Positions 37,593 to 48,329 are shown, counted from the first letter of the stretch. The stretch: DNA of 64,000 nucleotides from a candidate division WOR-3 bacterium (GCA_020353055.1 CP070686.1:1056625-1120624), one strand, 5' to 3'. A program made the numbers and translations. The notes: a model not told the origin generated them from the letters alone.

Positions 37593-39116
37593 ATGGCAAT
37601 CGTGTTGGATGGTGAACATTTGACAATCGAAAAGCTTGTCGATATTGCCCGAAACAACGAAGAGGTCCAGATCGCACCTGATTCATTGGGAAAAATCAAA
37701 GAATGCCGCGCCCTGATCGAGGAAAAGATCAAAGTCAAGGAGATAATGTACGGTATCAATACCGGTATAGGTGAACTTTCCGAGGTCGTGCTCAGCGATG
37801 AACAGGTCAAACAATTTCAGAGGTACTTGATATACAACCATGCCGCAGGTATAGGTGACCCGGCGCCAATTGAGCATGTGCGCGGCGCTATGGCCAGCCG
37901 CATAAATGTCATGAGTAAAGGCAAGTCCGGATGTCGACCCATAATACCCCTCACCTATGCCGAGATGTTGAACAAAGGCGTGACGCCCGTGGTCTGCCAG
38001 AAGGGCTCGGTCGGGGCATGTGGTGATCTGGCGCCAATGTCCCAGATTGCCCTGCTTTTGATGGGAGAAGGCGAGGCGTTTTATGAAGGAAAACGCTTAC
38101 CGGCCAGGGCGGCAATGGAAAAAGCAGGCATCGAGATCCCCGGATTACAGGCACGCGATGGTTTATCCTGCATAAACGGATCCAACCTGCTCACCGCGAT
38201 AAGTGCCCTGCAACTTTTCGATATCAACCGCTGGTTGAAACAAGCGGAAATCGCCTGTGCCATGACGCTCGAGGCGCTGATGGCGAACCTCAAACCGTAT
38301 GATACCAGGCTGCACGAGGCACGCGGGTTTGCCGGCGCAGTCAGAACAGCCCGTGCCATCATGAAATGCATAGAAGGCAGCGACCTGCAAACTGGTAAGC
38401 ATAAGATGAAGGTTCAAGATGCATATTCAATGCGCTCCTCACCCCAGGTTATCGGTGCCGCACACGATGCTGTCGCCCACGCAAGAAAGCAGGTCGAGAT
38501 CGAGCTCAACGGGGTCGGTGATAATCCAGTATTCTTCCCCGAATACAAACTTGCGATCACCGGCGCCAATTTTCAAGGAACACCGGTATCGCTGCCCATG
38601 GAAATGGTCGGCACGGCTGTGACCATGGTCTGCGTGCTATCGGAGAGGCGCTTGAATCGTATGACAAACCCCAACCTGAGTGTCGGCCTGCCCGCATTCC
38701 TAACCAGAGGAGCCGGGATGTTTTCGGGATTGATGCTGAGTCAATACACTGCAGACACGCTCATCGTCGAACAACGCATCCTTTCTGCTCCGGCGGCGAC
38801 GATGTCGATACCGGCGGCTGCCGACCAGGAAGACTTCGTTTCGATGGGTATGAACACGGCGCTCAAGAACCTCCAGATAATTGACAATGCATACGGAATT
38901 CTGGGGATCGAATTCATGGCTGCAGCGCAGGCCCTGGATTTCCGTGAATTCACACCGGGCAAAGGCGTCGTTACCGCGAAGAAGACGATACGTAAATACG
39001 TCGAGCATCTCGATGAAGACCGACCATTATATAATGACCACAATAAAATGAAAGAACTGGTCAAGTCGTGTGAAATACTCGACACGGTGGAGAATACAGT
39101 AGGCAGTCTGGGTTAA
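37593..39116 (+). CDS. hutH: Histidine ammonia-lyase family (MIO-dependent aromatic amino acid lyase)
   Basis: GSVGACGDLAPMS aligns to the HAL GSVGASGDLAPLS MIO motif. The rest is colinear with HAL (~507 aa). Confidence 0.8.
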   Translation: MAIVLDGEHLTIEKLVDIARNNEEVQIAPDSLGKIKECRALIEEKIKVKEIMYGINTGIGELSEVVLSDEQVKQFQRYLIYNHAAGIGDPAPIEHVRGAMASRINVMSKGKSGCRPIIPLTYAEMLNKGVTPVVCQKGSVGACGDLAPMSQIALLLMGEGEAFYEGKRLPARAAMEKAGIEIPGLQARDGLSCINGSNLLTAISALQLFDINRWLKQAEIACAMTLEALMANLKPYDTRLHEARGFAGAVRTARAIMKCIEGSDLQTGKHKMKVQDAYSMRSSPQVIGAAHDAVAHARKQVEIELNGVGDNPVFFPEYKLAITGANFQGTPVSLPMEMVGTAVTMVCVLSERRLNRMTNPNLSVGLPAFLTRGAGMFSGLMLSQYTADTLIVEQRILSAPAATMSIPAAADQEDFVSMGMNTALKNLQIIDNAYGILGIEFMAAAQALDFREFTPGKGVVTAKKTIRKYVEHLDEDRPLYNDHNKMKELVKSCEILDTVENTVGSLG

Positions 39117-39158
39117 TTAAGATTTGGCTGGATATAAGATGTTGGATACTCCGCATCT

Positions 39159-41006
39159 TTATTGGCAAAGTAATCTCAGCCGGCTTATTAATATCCGTAA
39201 GTCGAATATAGTCTGTTCAAAAATCGTATCATACAATGAACGTTCGACTACGTAGTTAACTTTACCGTTGGAAAAGACGTATGTGATTTTTCCATCACCA
39301 GGTTGCCTGTCGAAATAATGTTGTGAATACACCATCGTAAACTCCCCGAATCTTATTGCCAATTGTTCAGAAAAGAGTATTTCCAAATTACCGTATTTCA
39401 ATTCGAGAAAATTCAAATTTCCGGGACAGCGAATGAATTCGCGTTTCACCGGATAGCTTTTCGCCCGGGCAATTAGATAATCAAGAGTATCAATGCCTTC
39501 TTTATGCAAAAAAGCGCCTTGCTCGGCAGTTATTTCATCCGTCACATAGATATGTGTATTGTCCGGTGTTATGATGAGCAGTCCGCCGGATGTTGAGCAT
39601 ATGGTCAGACAACGAACTGATCCGGCAATCGAAAAGACAACAGCAAAAAACACAACGAGCCATAGCATGAGCTTTCTGACCCTCTTCCATACAAAAAGAT
39701 AAAACGGGAATATCATAGTTGGTGACATACTCAGGTTCAGTGTCGAAAAAGGCAATCTTGCGAAGAAATCTGACAGCGCCATCAACAAACCTATGAGTAT
39801 ACCCGTCGGTACTGCTATTATCCTTACAACCCCGAACCATACCCAGCCCACCGAGAAACACAAAAACAGCATGAATATTATCACCGAAGCGATCGGGATG
39901 ATCAAAAGATTAGCAACAACGGCATAGATTGGCAGCCTATTGAAATAGTACATTATTAAAGGCGCTACAAAAACCTGTGCAGAGAAAGACACTGCCATCA
40001 TTCTGAGTACGACCCTCAGAAAACGTTTTTGCACTTTCTTTATGAAATTATCCTCGAGTACAGGAAATAGGTAGAGGATACCATAGACAGCGACAAAAGA
40101 GAGTTGAGCGCCAACGTCAAATAACAACACTGGACTGGCCAGCAGGAACACCAGGGCACTCATGTTTACTACGTGCATGCTATCAACGTTTCGCTGCGAA
40201 ACCAGAGCCAGGCCAAAAAGAAATGACATTAGCACTGCACGGCAAACACTGGGACGAAATCCCGTAACACCAGCGTACATGAACAACCCACACATCACTA
40301 TAATGAACTTTACCCGGTGGTCCACCGGCACCAAAAGCAGCATAACGCCAAAGAATGCTCCGACAAAACCGACGTGCAAACCTGACACCGCAAGGACGTG
40401 TAATATTCCTGCGCGGCTGAATACCTCCTTCAATTCTTTGCTCAATCGGCCGCTGCCGCCAAGCGTCAGACCGCTGGCTACGCCGTATCGGTCGCCGTCG
40501 AAAGAATTCCTGAGCAGGTGATCAATATAACTCCTTATTGGCCTAAAGACGACACCAAAAACATGTTCGTGCTCTGCTGATCTGATAATCTTCCCGGCTA
40601 AAACAGCCGGTCTGTACGTGCGCTTGGCTGGTTTGATTCTACCTTTTATCGTGAGTCGCTTGCCGAGGAATGGACCCTTTTCATGAATATAGTAATCAAC
40701 CGGGAAAGAGCATGCTATTGTATCATTGGCAAACAGGATTTTGTCTACCTGAATACGCAGTCTTGCATGATATTCGTACGGCTCCTCGCCAAGTACAATA
40801 CCAGTACAAACCACAGCCCTCTCCCCAAAAGTCATTTCCTCCGGAAGATTGAGATCGAAATTGACCGCTGCCAGTATAAAGACCGCAAAATACAAAAAAC
40901 GGTATTGCCAGAGCGATATTATCAACACAACAGGCAGTATCAGGATATAAAACAACATCGGGAAGCCAAATAGCGTCCGGGAAATTATGCCGAGTGCTAC
41001 TGACAC
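39159..41006 (-). CDS. ComEC/Rec2-family DNA internalization-related competence protein (membrane)
   Basis: ILHVLAVSGLHVGFV competence-domain motif. Multiple TM helices. N-terminal DUF4131-like region. Confidence 0.7.
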   Translation of the reverse strand: MSVALGIISRTLFGFPMLFYILILPVVLIISLWQYRFLYFAVFILAAVNFDLNLPEEMTFGERAVVCTGIVLGEEPYEYHARLRIQVDKILFANDTIACSFPVDYYIHEKGPFLGKRLTIKGRIKPAKRTYRPAVLAGKIIRSAEHEHVFGVVFRPIRSYIDHLLRNSFDGDRYGVASGLTLGGSGRLSKELKEVFSRAGILHVLAVSGLHVGFVGAFFGVMLLLVPVDHRVKFIIVMCGLFMYAGVTGFRPSVCRAVLMSFLFGLALVSQRNVDSMHVVNMSALVFLLASPVLLFDVGAQLSFVAVYGILYLFPVLEDNFIKKVQKRFLRVVLRMMAVSFSAQVFVAPLIMYYFNRLPIYAVVANLLIIPIASVIIFMLFLCFSVGWVWFGVVRIIAVPTGILIGLLMALSDFFARLPFSTLNLSMSPTMIFPFYLFVWKRVRKLMLWLVVFFAVVFSIAGSVRCLTICSTSGGLLIITPDNTHIYVTDEITAEQGAFLHKEGIDTLDYLIARAKSYPVKREFIRCPGNLNFLELKYGNLEILFSEQLAIRFGEFTMVYSQHYFDRQPGDGKITYVFSNGKVNYVVERSLYDTIFEQTIFDLRILISRLRLLCQ

Positions 41007-41188
41007 AAGAAGACCAACAGCTAATTTCTTTACCTGTCCCTCCCCACTTCTTTGACTAAAGCAAGTCTCGCCAGGAGGTCAGATGCACACGCCGAAAGAT
41101 TCAGCATGCCCGTCCTCCAACGACAGACGATATCACTTCACTGGAAGTGTGTATGAGTCGTTATGTGCCGAAGTTTATACTCGGGTAA

Positions 41189-41566
41189 TTATTCTTCTTG
41201 ATAGATAAGACTATGGATTTTCTGCTTTGCTTTATTGAGTGCGATGCGCGCCGCACCTGGATTTGACCCTGTGGCTTTAAGACATGCATAGATGAAGTAA
41301 TCGGAGCCAATCGGTTGAATAATAAAATATGAATCTTCGGTAAGCCAGATGAGTTCGCGCGTGTCGCTAAGTTCCAGATTCTCCCTTACTTCTTTCGCCA
41401 CGAGCATTACAGAAGAGATCTCGGCATCATATGCACTAACATCGAAATTCGCCTGTATGATATGCTGAGCAACGGAAATTCCATCATAACCAACAATACT
41501 CGTATAGCGGCAACCAACAATCTTCTCCGCGATTCTTTTTATTTCTTCAAGTAGTTCATCAGCCAC
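41189..41566 (-). CDS. Roadblock/LC7 (MglB-like) domain protein
   Basis: Size and alpha/beta pattern resemble Roadblock/LC7; weak. Confidence 0.4.
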   Translation of the reverse strand: MADELLEEIKRIAEKIVGCRYTSIVGYDGISVAQHIIQANFDVSAYDAEISSVMLVAKEVRENLELSDTRELIWLTEDSYFIIQPIGSDYFIYACLKATGSNPGAARIALNKAKQKIHSLIYQEE

Positions 41567-41612
41567 AAGCCCTCCTTAATAAAAGCAGCAAGCCGACACC
41601 ATAATCCATATG

Positions 41613-42170
41613 CTACACACGTTCCACATATTGACCGGTCTCGGTATTCACCTTGATCACATCACCAACCACAACGAACGGCGGAACCTGGCAGACGTGT
41701 CCGCCTTCTAATTTTGCCGGCTTCGACTGCGCCTGTGCAGTCGCATCCTTCATGTAAGCCTGTGTTTCCAGCACTTTTAGCTTAACATATTTGGGTAATA
41801 CAATACCAAAAGGCTTCCCCTCATAGAACTCGACCCCGGCGCGTACATTGGGCTTCAGAAATTTGACCGCATCACCCAGCAGTTCTGCGTTGAGCGCGAG
41901 CTGCTCATAGGTTTCCAAATTCATGAAAAAATACTTATCATCGGTAAAATAGATATATTCCATTTCAACCTGTTCGATCTCTGCTTCTTCGACCCGGTCG
42001 CTAGACCTGAACCGCGTCTCGGTAGAAAGCCCGGTCTGCAAATTTCTCAAGTTACAGATGATCATCCCACGTTTGTTGCCAGGAGTTATATGCGTAACGC
42101 TCAAAACAACATGCGGATGATCGCCAATCTTCACAAGCATTCCCCTTCTGATCTGAGTAGCCTGTATCAT
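41613..42170 (-). CDS. efp: Translation elongation factor P
   Basis: Colinear with EF-P (KOW-like N-domain ... GGHVCQVPPFVVVGDVIKVNTETGQYVERV). Confidence 0.8.
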   Translation of the reverse strand: MIQATQIRRGMLVKIGDHPHVVLSVTHITPGNKRGMIICNLRNLQTGLSTETRFRSSDRVEEAEIEQVEMEYIYFTDDKYFFMNLETYEQLALNAELLGDAVKFLKPNVRAGVEFYEGKPFGIVLPKYVKLKVLETQAYMKDATAQAQSKPAKLEGGHVCQVPPFVVVGDVIKVNTETGQYVERV

Positions 42171-43654
42171 ACGGTTCCCGAGCGGAACGTACTGCCATCA
42201 CTAGTGTCATCGACGATTATATTGTTGTCAAGCAATCTTTGTCTTATATAATCGGCAAGTTCATAGTTCTTTTCATCCCTCAATTTCATTCTGATATCAA
42301 GCAATAGAGCTATGATTTGTGAGTAAAGTTCGTTGACATGTTTGATGTTTATAATTCTATCGTGAAAACCTGCGCAAATCTCCTTCAAGATTTCACTGCG
42401 CCCAGCGCTTTTCAATTTTTCTTCAACTTCTCTGACGACTTCCATGACATCCTTATAGGGCTCGATAACAGATTCGATTTCACGGGTAAAACCTAGAAGT
42501 GAATAGTAGTAGTTCACGCTGGCCGCGATTTTAAAATCGTCTTCTTTGTAACTTCTCTTAATCAATTCATAAATTACACTCAACGCCCTAGACGTGTTCA
42601 GATCGTCATTCATCGCTTCGGTGAATGTATCGAGCATCATCGGCTCTAAAATCTCCTCCATCTCCCCGTACTTGTTCGCGGCATTATCTATATACGTTCT
42701 TATCGTCATCAATGCTGCACGCGCTTCATCCAACCTCTCGTCATCGTATGCCAGTTGCTTGCGATAATGGGTTTTGAGCATGAACATGCGTATCACATTA
42801 GCCGAGTATTTTGCAAGCACATCCTTTATCGGAGAATAGTGCCCGGTCGATTTTGACATTTTTTCCCCGGTCAATGTGACCCATCCGTTGTGCAACCAGA
42901 ACCGGGCAAAAGGCTTGCCCGTTGCCGCCAGTGACTGTGCGAGTTCATTTTCATGATGGGGGAATATCAGGTCCTCACCGCCGGTATGAATGTCAAAGGT
43001 CTCACCCAGATATCGCATTGACATCGCCGAGCACTCGACGTGCCAGCCAGGCCTTCCCTTGCCCCATGGGCTGAGCCAATAGGGCTCGCCCGGTTTTGCC
43101 GCCTTCCATAATGCGAAATCCAGCGGGTCGTCCTTCGATTCGGTCGGTGCAATCCGTGCCCCTGACATCAAATCGTCAATGCTCTTCTTTGACAACTTTC
43201 CATATTCGGGAAATTTTCGGACCCGGAAATAAACATCTCCCTTTTTCTCGTAAGCAAATCCTTTGTCAATCAGCTGCACAACAAGGTTGATTATCTCTTC
43301 CATATGCTGAGACGCCCTCGGATAAAAGGTCGCCCTCATAATATTCAACTGATCGCACGCCCGCAGATATGTATCAATGTTATCCTGAGCAATCATGCGC
43401 CAGTCCTTGTTGTATTCCTTCTGTTTTTCGATTATCTTATCGTCGACATCAGTAAAATTCTCCAGAGCCACTACTCGATAGCCAAGATACCCCAGCCACC
43501 GCATCAATGTATCACGCACCATGGCGGCACGGATATGGCCAACATGGGGTTCACTCTGGACAGTCAAACCGCACGTGTAGATCTTCACCGTATCGCCCAG
43601 CGGAGTGAATTCTTCTGTCTTCCCACTCATTGTGTTATACAACCTTAGGCCCAT
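42167..43654 (-). CDS. cysS: Cysteine--tRNA ligase
   Basis: HVGH (HIGH) and KMSKS motifs, CysRS-like N-terminus (LYNTMSGKTEEF). ATGA overlap with efp. Confidence 0.9.
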   Translation of the reverse strand: MGLRLYNTMSGKTEEFTPLGDTVKIYTCGLTVQSEPHVGHIRAAMVRDTLMRWLGYLGYRVVALENFTDVDDKIIEKQKEYNKDWRMIAQDNIDTYLRACDQLNIMRATFYPRASQHMEEIINLVVQLIDKGFAYEKKGDVYFRVRKFPEYGKLSKKSIDDLMSGARIAPTESKDDPLDFALWKAAKPGEPYWLSPWGKGRPGWHVECSAMSMRYLGETFDIHTGGEDLIFPHHENELAQSLAATGKPFARFWLHNGWVTLTGEKMSKSTGHYSPIKDVLAKYSANVIRMFMLKTHYRKQLAYDDERLDEARAALMTIRTYIDNAANKYGEMEEILEPMMLDTFTEAMNDDLNTSRALSVIYELIKRSYKEDDFKIAASVNYYYSLLGFTREIESVIEPYKDVMEVVREVEEKLKSAGRSEILKEICAGFHDRIINIKHVNELYSQIIALLLDIRMKLRDEKNYELADYIRQRLLDNNIIVDDTSDGSTFRSGTV

Positions 43655-43655
43655 C

Positions 43656-44630
43656 TCAAATCCTCAAATATGCAGCTGCCGCGCTGATCCGCAGTAGAAC
43701 ATTCGATGAATCCATGAGTTCGACAAAATGTTTTCTCTGATTCTCAGCGTCGTGTTTAGCAAGTGCCTCTACTGCCTTCACCGCAACGTTAATATATTCA
43801 TCTACGGTAGCGACCTTGAGCACATCATACGATGACGGCACATCGTGTCGCTTAAGTACCTCGACGGTACGTATGCGCACGAACGGGTCTTTCGACCGCA
43901 GGGACCGCAGCAGTACCGGAACCCCTGATTCATCATTTAGAATCAAGAGTGCCTCTGCCGCATCCACGCGCAATTCCTCAGTACCCTCCTGCAATAACCT
44001 CATCAGAAGAGGAACAGCGGTGGTATCACCTAATTCTGCAAGGGCTTTTATGCCTCTGCCCCACAAATCGGGTTGGAATCTCTTCAGTTCGTCTCGTATG
44101 AACTCAGACATACCTTCTGCCCCTAATTTTCCGAGTGTCCTGGCAACGGCAATGCGTACCTGCGGTTCGGGATCCCGCAGGCCCTGGAGTAGTGCGTCCA
44201 TCTCCTCTAATCTGGCCAGGCCAGAATACGCAACCTCCCGCACCCGGGTATACTCATCATCTACGCCCTGCAGCAGAATCGTTCGCGCTTCCTGCGCATC
44301 ACTGGATGCAGCGATTCGGTATGCCGCCTCACGAACCTGTGTACTCGGGCTATTGCACAGACTGATTATCACCGGGTCGAGCTCTGTTTGTCCAGCCTCG
44401 TACAAAGCATTGAGTGCAGTAACCTGCATATCCGGCTCTCCATCTACGGCCATCTCTTTTAAAACCTCATTGCCCCGCGTATCGCCGAGTTCCATCAAAG
44501 ATTTTGCCGCACTAACGCGAATAATGGGCGATGCATCTGTCAATCCCCTATCCAGCACTCGCTTGGCTTTCGACTCAGGAGACACACAAGCTAATAACAG
44601 CAGAACAGTTAACGATAGAAATTTTTTCAT
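43656..44630 (-). CDS. HEAT/PBS-lyase-repeat lipoprotein
   Basis: Lipobox LLLACVSP. Repeated ~30-aa units of the form 'VR..A..AL..LGD' typical of PBS-lyase HEAT-like repeats. Confidence 0.55.
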   Translation of the reverse strand: MKKFLSLTVLLLLACVSPESKAKRVLDRGLTDASPIIRVSAAKSLMELGDTRGNEVLKEMAVDGEPDMQVTALNALYEAGQTELDPVIISLCNSPSTQVREAAYRIAASSDAQEARTILLQGVDDEYTRVREVAYSGLARLEEMDALLQGLRDPEPQVRIAVARTLGKLGAEGMSEFIRDELKRFQPDLWGRGIKALAELGDTTAVPLLMRLLQEGTEELRVDAAEALLILNDESGVPVLLRSLRSKDPFVRIRTVEVLKRHDVPSSYDVLKVATVDEYINVAVKAVEALAKHDAENQRKHFVELMDSSNVLLRISAAAAYLRI

Positions 44631-44697
44631 CCTGCGTATTATACATAATTTGCAGTATGAGTCAACAAGAGTTCGGCGATCGGTACAAGGCGGTCAA

Positions 44698-44726
44698 CTT
44701 GACAAATCGTTCTTTTTGGCATAGAA
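44698..44726 (+). promoter_or_regulatory. sigma70-like promoter (TTGACA-N17-TAGAAT) for hutU
   Basis: Followed by GAGGAGG RBS and ATG 44743. Confidence 0.4.
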
Positions 44727-44742
44727 TGACCGAGGAGGTCTC

Positions 44743-46425
44743 ATGAAGAAAACAAAGACCATCACCGATTACGCGTATAAACCTGTATCCGCACCACACG
44801 GAATCAAAATATCGTGCAAGAGCTGGCAACAGGAAGCTGCGCTTCGGATGCTCCAGAACAACCTTGACCCTGAGGTTGCCGAAAAACCAGAAGAATTAGT
44901 CGTCTACGGAGGAAGCGGTAGAGCCGCTCGTAACTGGGAATGCTACAATGCCATCGTTGATACACTCAAAAACCTCGAGAACGACGAGACACTGCTTGTT
45001 CAATCCGGTAAACCGGTCGGTGTTTTCCGCACCTTTGAGCACGCACCCCGGGTATTGATCGCCAACTCGCTGCTGGTGCCTCATTGGGCAAACTGGGACT
45101 ATTTTCGCAAACTGGAAGCCCTCGGATTGATAATGTACGGACAGATGACTGCGGGTTCCTGGATCTACATCGGCACTCAGGGAATTATTCAAGGAACCTA
45201 TGAGACCTTTGCCGCGAGCGCGCGGCAGCATTTTGGTGGAAGTCTAAAGGGGAAGTGGATCCTGACCGGGGGTATGGGTGGGATGAGCGGTGCCCAACCT
45301 CTGGCTGTTACCATGAATGAAGGAGTAATCCTCGATATCGAAATTGATCCGGCGCGTATCCAGAAGCGCGTCAACCAGGGTTTCTGTGATATCATGGTCG
45401 ACAACCTCGACAAAGCGCTTGCTCTGGTCTTCGAAGCAGTAAAGAAAAAACAACCCCTCTCGGTCGGATTGGTCGGCAACACCTCAGAAGTCGAACCTGA
45501 ACTACTGAAAAGGAAAATCATACCCGATATCCTGACCGATCAAACCTCGGCGCACGATGAGTTGAACGGATATGTCCCCGGAGGCATGAGCCTCGACGAT
45601 GCCAATGCACTTCGCGCACGAAAGCCGGATGAATACAAGAAACGTGCGCTCGAATCGATCGCTATACAGATGAAGGCGATGCTACAGATGCAGAAGGAAG
45701 GAGCAATAGCATTCGACTACGGCAATAACATCCGTGGACAGGCGAAAAAAGCCGGCGTGGAAAACCCTTTTGCAATCCCGGGTTTCGTGCCTGAATATAT
45801 CAGACCGCTATTCTGTCGTGGACGCGGTCCTTTCCGGTGGGCAGCTTTGTCGGGTGAAGAGAGTGATATCCACTATCTGGACGGCGTGGTTCTTAAAATG
45901 TTTGGCGATGACCCTTCGGTACGCCGCTGGATCCAGTTAGCGCAGAAAAAAATCCCTTTTCAAGGTTTACCGGCTCGAATTATGTGGCTCGGATACGGCG
46001 AGCGCGACCGGTTCGGTATGGAGATAAACCGCCTGGTCAGGGCAGGTAAGATCGCCGCGCCGATAGTGATCGGCCGAGATCACCTTGATACTGGTTCAGT
46101 GGCATCACCATACCGGGAGACCGAAGCGATGCTTGATGGCTCAGATGCAATTGCGGACTGGCCCATCCTGAATGGACTGCTGAATGCGGCTTCGGGTGCG
46201 TCGTGGGTTTCAGTACATCACGGCGGTGGAGTTGGCATCGGATACTCGATCCATGCAGGACAGGTGCTGGTCTGCGACGGTACTGATGATATGGACCAGC
46301 GGATCAATCGCGTACTGACCAATGACCCGGGAATCGGCATCGCCCGACACTCAGATGCCGGTTACGAAGAGGCCATCAGATTCGCTCGTGAGAAAAATCT
46401 AAAAATACCCATGGATAAGCCATGA
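44743..46425 (+). CDS. hutU: Urocanate hydratase
   Basis: 560 aa, colinear with urocanase ([13 protein letters not shown]-binding region). Confidence 0.85.
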   Translation: MKKTKTITDYAYKPVSAPHGIKISCKSWQQEAALRMLQNNLDPEVAEKPEELVVYGGSGRAARNWECYNAIVDTLKNLENDETLLVQSGKPVGVFRTFEHAPRVLIANSLLVPHWANWDYFRKLEALGLIMYGQMTAGSWIYIGTQGIIQGTYETFAASARQHFGGSLKGKWILTGGMGGMSGAQPLAVTMNEGVILDIEIDPARIQKRVNQGFCDIMVDNLDKALALVFEAVKKKQPLSVGLVGNTSEVEPELLKRKIIPDILTDQTSAHDELNGYVPGGMSLDDANALRARKPDEYKKRALESIAIQMKAMLQMQKEGAIAFDYGNNIRGQAKKAGVENPFAIPGFVPEYIRPLFCRGRGPFRWAALSGEESDIHYLDGVVLKMFGDDPSVRRWIQLAQKKIPFQGLPARIMWLGYGERDRFGMEINRLVRAGKIAAPIVIGRDHLDTGSVASPYRETEAMLDGSDAIADWPILNGLLNAASGASWVSVHHGGGVGIGYSIHAGQVLVCDGTDDMDQRINRVLTNDPGIGIARHSDAGYEEAIRFAREKNLKIPMDKP

Positions 46426-46480
46426 CGATAGTATGCTTGACATTATCACGTGACTCGGTATAATTGACCGGAGACAAGGA

Positions 46481-47386
46481 TTGGACATAATTCTAATAAG
46501 CGGGAAGGGCAATAAAACCGCGAATCTTCGCATCAAAAAGAGATATTTGATACTCATCATCCTCGTATGCGTGGTGATAATCACGTCTTTTTTCTACAGC
46601 CTCACGAGTTATGCCAAAAAGGAAGTGGACCGTAGCCGGTTATCCCAGGTGCTGAATGAGAATCGTGTCGTGCAGCGAGAAATTGAAAGAATTGAAACCG
46701 AACTCTTAGGTTTACAGAATGTGATCGACAGCATCCAGGTCTACGACGGCAAACTCCGCAGCTACGCCCCGCTCAAACCGATCGACGATGAGTTACGTGA
46801 GATGGGAATCGGCGGCTTCACACCTGATTTCGCCCAGGAGGACCTGTCACCCGATGTCATGAAAAACCTTACTTACATTTCTGAAACACTCGATAATCTC
46901 GTGGGCCGCGCTCGTCTACAGAAATCGAGTTATGCAGAATTAGTGAATTACCTTCGCGAAAAGGCATTCCTGAGAGACCATACGCCGTCGATCATGCCGG
47001 TCCAGGGATGGATGATCAGGGGATACGGCTATCAGGTCGACCCCTTTACCGGGCAGGTGAAAATGCACGAAGGCATGGATATCGCCGCACCGACCGGAAC
47101 ACCTATTGTATCTCCAGCACATGGTACGATTAGATACGCAGGTAATAAGAGAGATTATGGCTTATGCGTCGAAATCGACCACGGGTACGGATTCATCACC
47201 ACGTACGCACATTGTCAACGCGTAAGGGTGAATTCCGGTATGCGCGTAAGACGTGGCGACATCATTGCCTACGTGGGGAATACAGGTAGAAGTACCGGAC
47301 CGCATCTCCATTATGAAGTACGCCTTTCTCATAGTGCAGTAAACCCGGTCAATTATATTCTGTCTGCTCAGACAATCGTCGATTAA
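46481..47386 (+). CDS. M23-family metallopeptidase (LytM domain) with N-terminal TM and coiled-coil
   Basis: HEGMDIAAP...HxH motif (HLHYEV). Confidence 0.8.
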   Translation: MDIILISGKGNKTANLRIKKRYLILIILVCVVIITSFFYSLTSYAKKEVDRSRLSQVLNENRVVQREIERIETELLGLQNVIDSIQVYDGKLRSYAPLKPIDDELREMGIGGFTPDFAQEDLSPDVMKNLTYISETLDNLVGRARLQKSSYAELVNYLREKAFLRDHTPSIMPVQGWMIRGYGYQVDPFTGQVKMHEGMDIAAPTGTPIVSPAHGTIRYAGNKRDYGLCVEIDHGYGFITTYAHCQRVRVNSGMRVRRGDIIAYVGNTGRSTGPHLHYEVRLSHSAVNPVNYILSAQTIVD

Positions 47387-47388
47387 AA

Positions 47389-48297
47389 TTGACACGCGAC
47401 ATCACCGAGCAAATCGCCAAGCTCAAAGAAGAAAAAAATGCAATGATTCTTGCGCATAATTACCAACTGCCCGAGATTCAAGACATCGCTGACTATGTGG
47501 GAGATTCACTCGAACTAGCCAGAATCTCACAGGGCATTGAGCAGAACACCATCTTGCTCTGCGGTGTATATTTCATGGCCGAGATCACGAAGATACTGAA
47601 TCCCGACAAGCTGGTCCTCATGCCTGACCAGCACGCCGGGTGCCCGATGGCGAATATGATCACGCCGGATCAACTATCCGTAGAGAAAAAAAGTCATCCT
47701 GAAGCTGCGGTCATGTGCTATGTAAACTCCAATGCAGACGTAAAGGCTCTCAGTGACGTATGTTGTACCTCGGCCAATGGCATGAAAGTTGCACAGGCCG
47801 TGAGCGAAGACGAGATCCTCTTCATTCCTGACCAGTACCTGGGGTCATATATTGCGAGCCGGCTGGCAAACAAGAAGTTCAATCTCTGGCCGGGCTATTG
47901 CCCGACCCACATGGTTTTTTCAAAGGAAGAACTCCTGAAGCTGAAAGGAAAATATCCGGGTGCGAAAATCATAGCCCATCCAGAATGTCGCCTCGACGTA
48001 CAGGATATCGCCGACAGAATCTGTTCTACCTCTCAGATGATCAAGTATGCTCAAGAGAACGAAGCAAAACAGTTCATCATATGCACTGAACTAGGCATGC
48101 TGCACAGACTCAAGAAAGAAAACCCCTCCAAGGAATTCATCCCGGGCAGTCCGAACGCGATCTGTCCGAACATGAAGCTCACGACGGTCGAGAAGATCAT
48201 GTGGTCACTTGAGCGTGATGAATACAAGATCGAAGTAGAGGAAGGCATTCGGAAACGGGCACTCAGGTCAATCGAGCGTATGCTCGAGATAAAATAG
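47389..48297 (+). CDS. nadA: Quinolinate synthase A (TTG start)
   Basis: Colinear with NadA (ILAHNYQ, three Cys ligands). Confidence 0.85.
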   Translation: MTRDITEQIAKLKEEKNAMILAHNYQLPEIQDIADYVGDSLELARISQGIEQNTILLCGVYFMAEITKILNPDKLVLMPDQHAGCPMANMITPDQLSVEKKSHPEAAVMCYVNSNADVKALSDVCCTSANGMKVAQAVSEDEILFIPDQYLGSYIASRLANKKFNLWPGYCPTHMVFSKEELLKLKGKYPGAKIIAHPECRLDVQDIADRICSTSQMIKYAQENEAKQFIICTELGMLHRLKKENPSKEFIPGSPNAICPNMKLTTVEKIMWSLERDEYKIEVEEGIRKRALRSIERMLEIK

Positions 48298-48301
48298 GGT
48301 A

Positions 48302-48329
48302 TTGACAAACGGTAAAATACAAGTATAAT
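48302..48329 (+). promoter_or_regulatory. sigma70 consensus promoter (TTGACA-N16-TATAAT) with a ~135-nt leader before rho
   Basis: ttgaca 48302-48307, tataat 48324-48329. Confidence 0.45.

Noticed and set aside
43816-44724. 302-aa plus-strand ORF opposite the HEAT-repeat lipoprotein
   Set aside because: Ser/Arg-rich low-complexity translation typical of the antisense of Ala/Leu-rich repeat genes. The minus-strand gene has a signal peptide and repeat structure.
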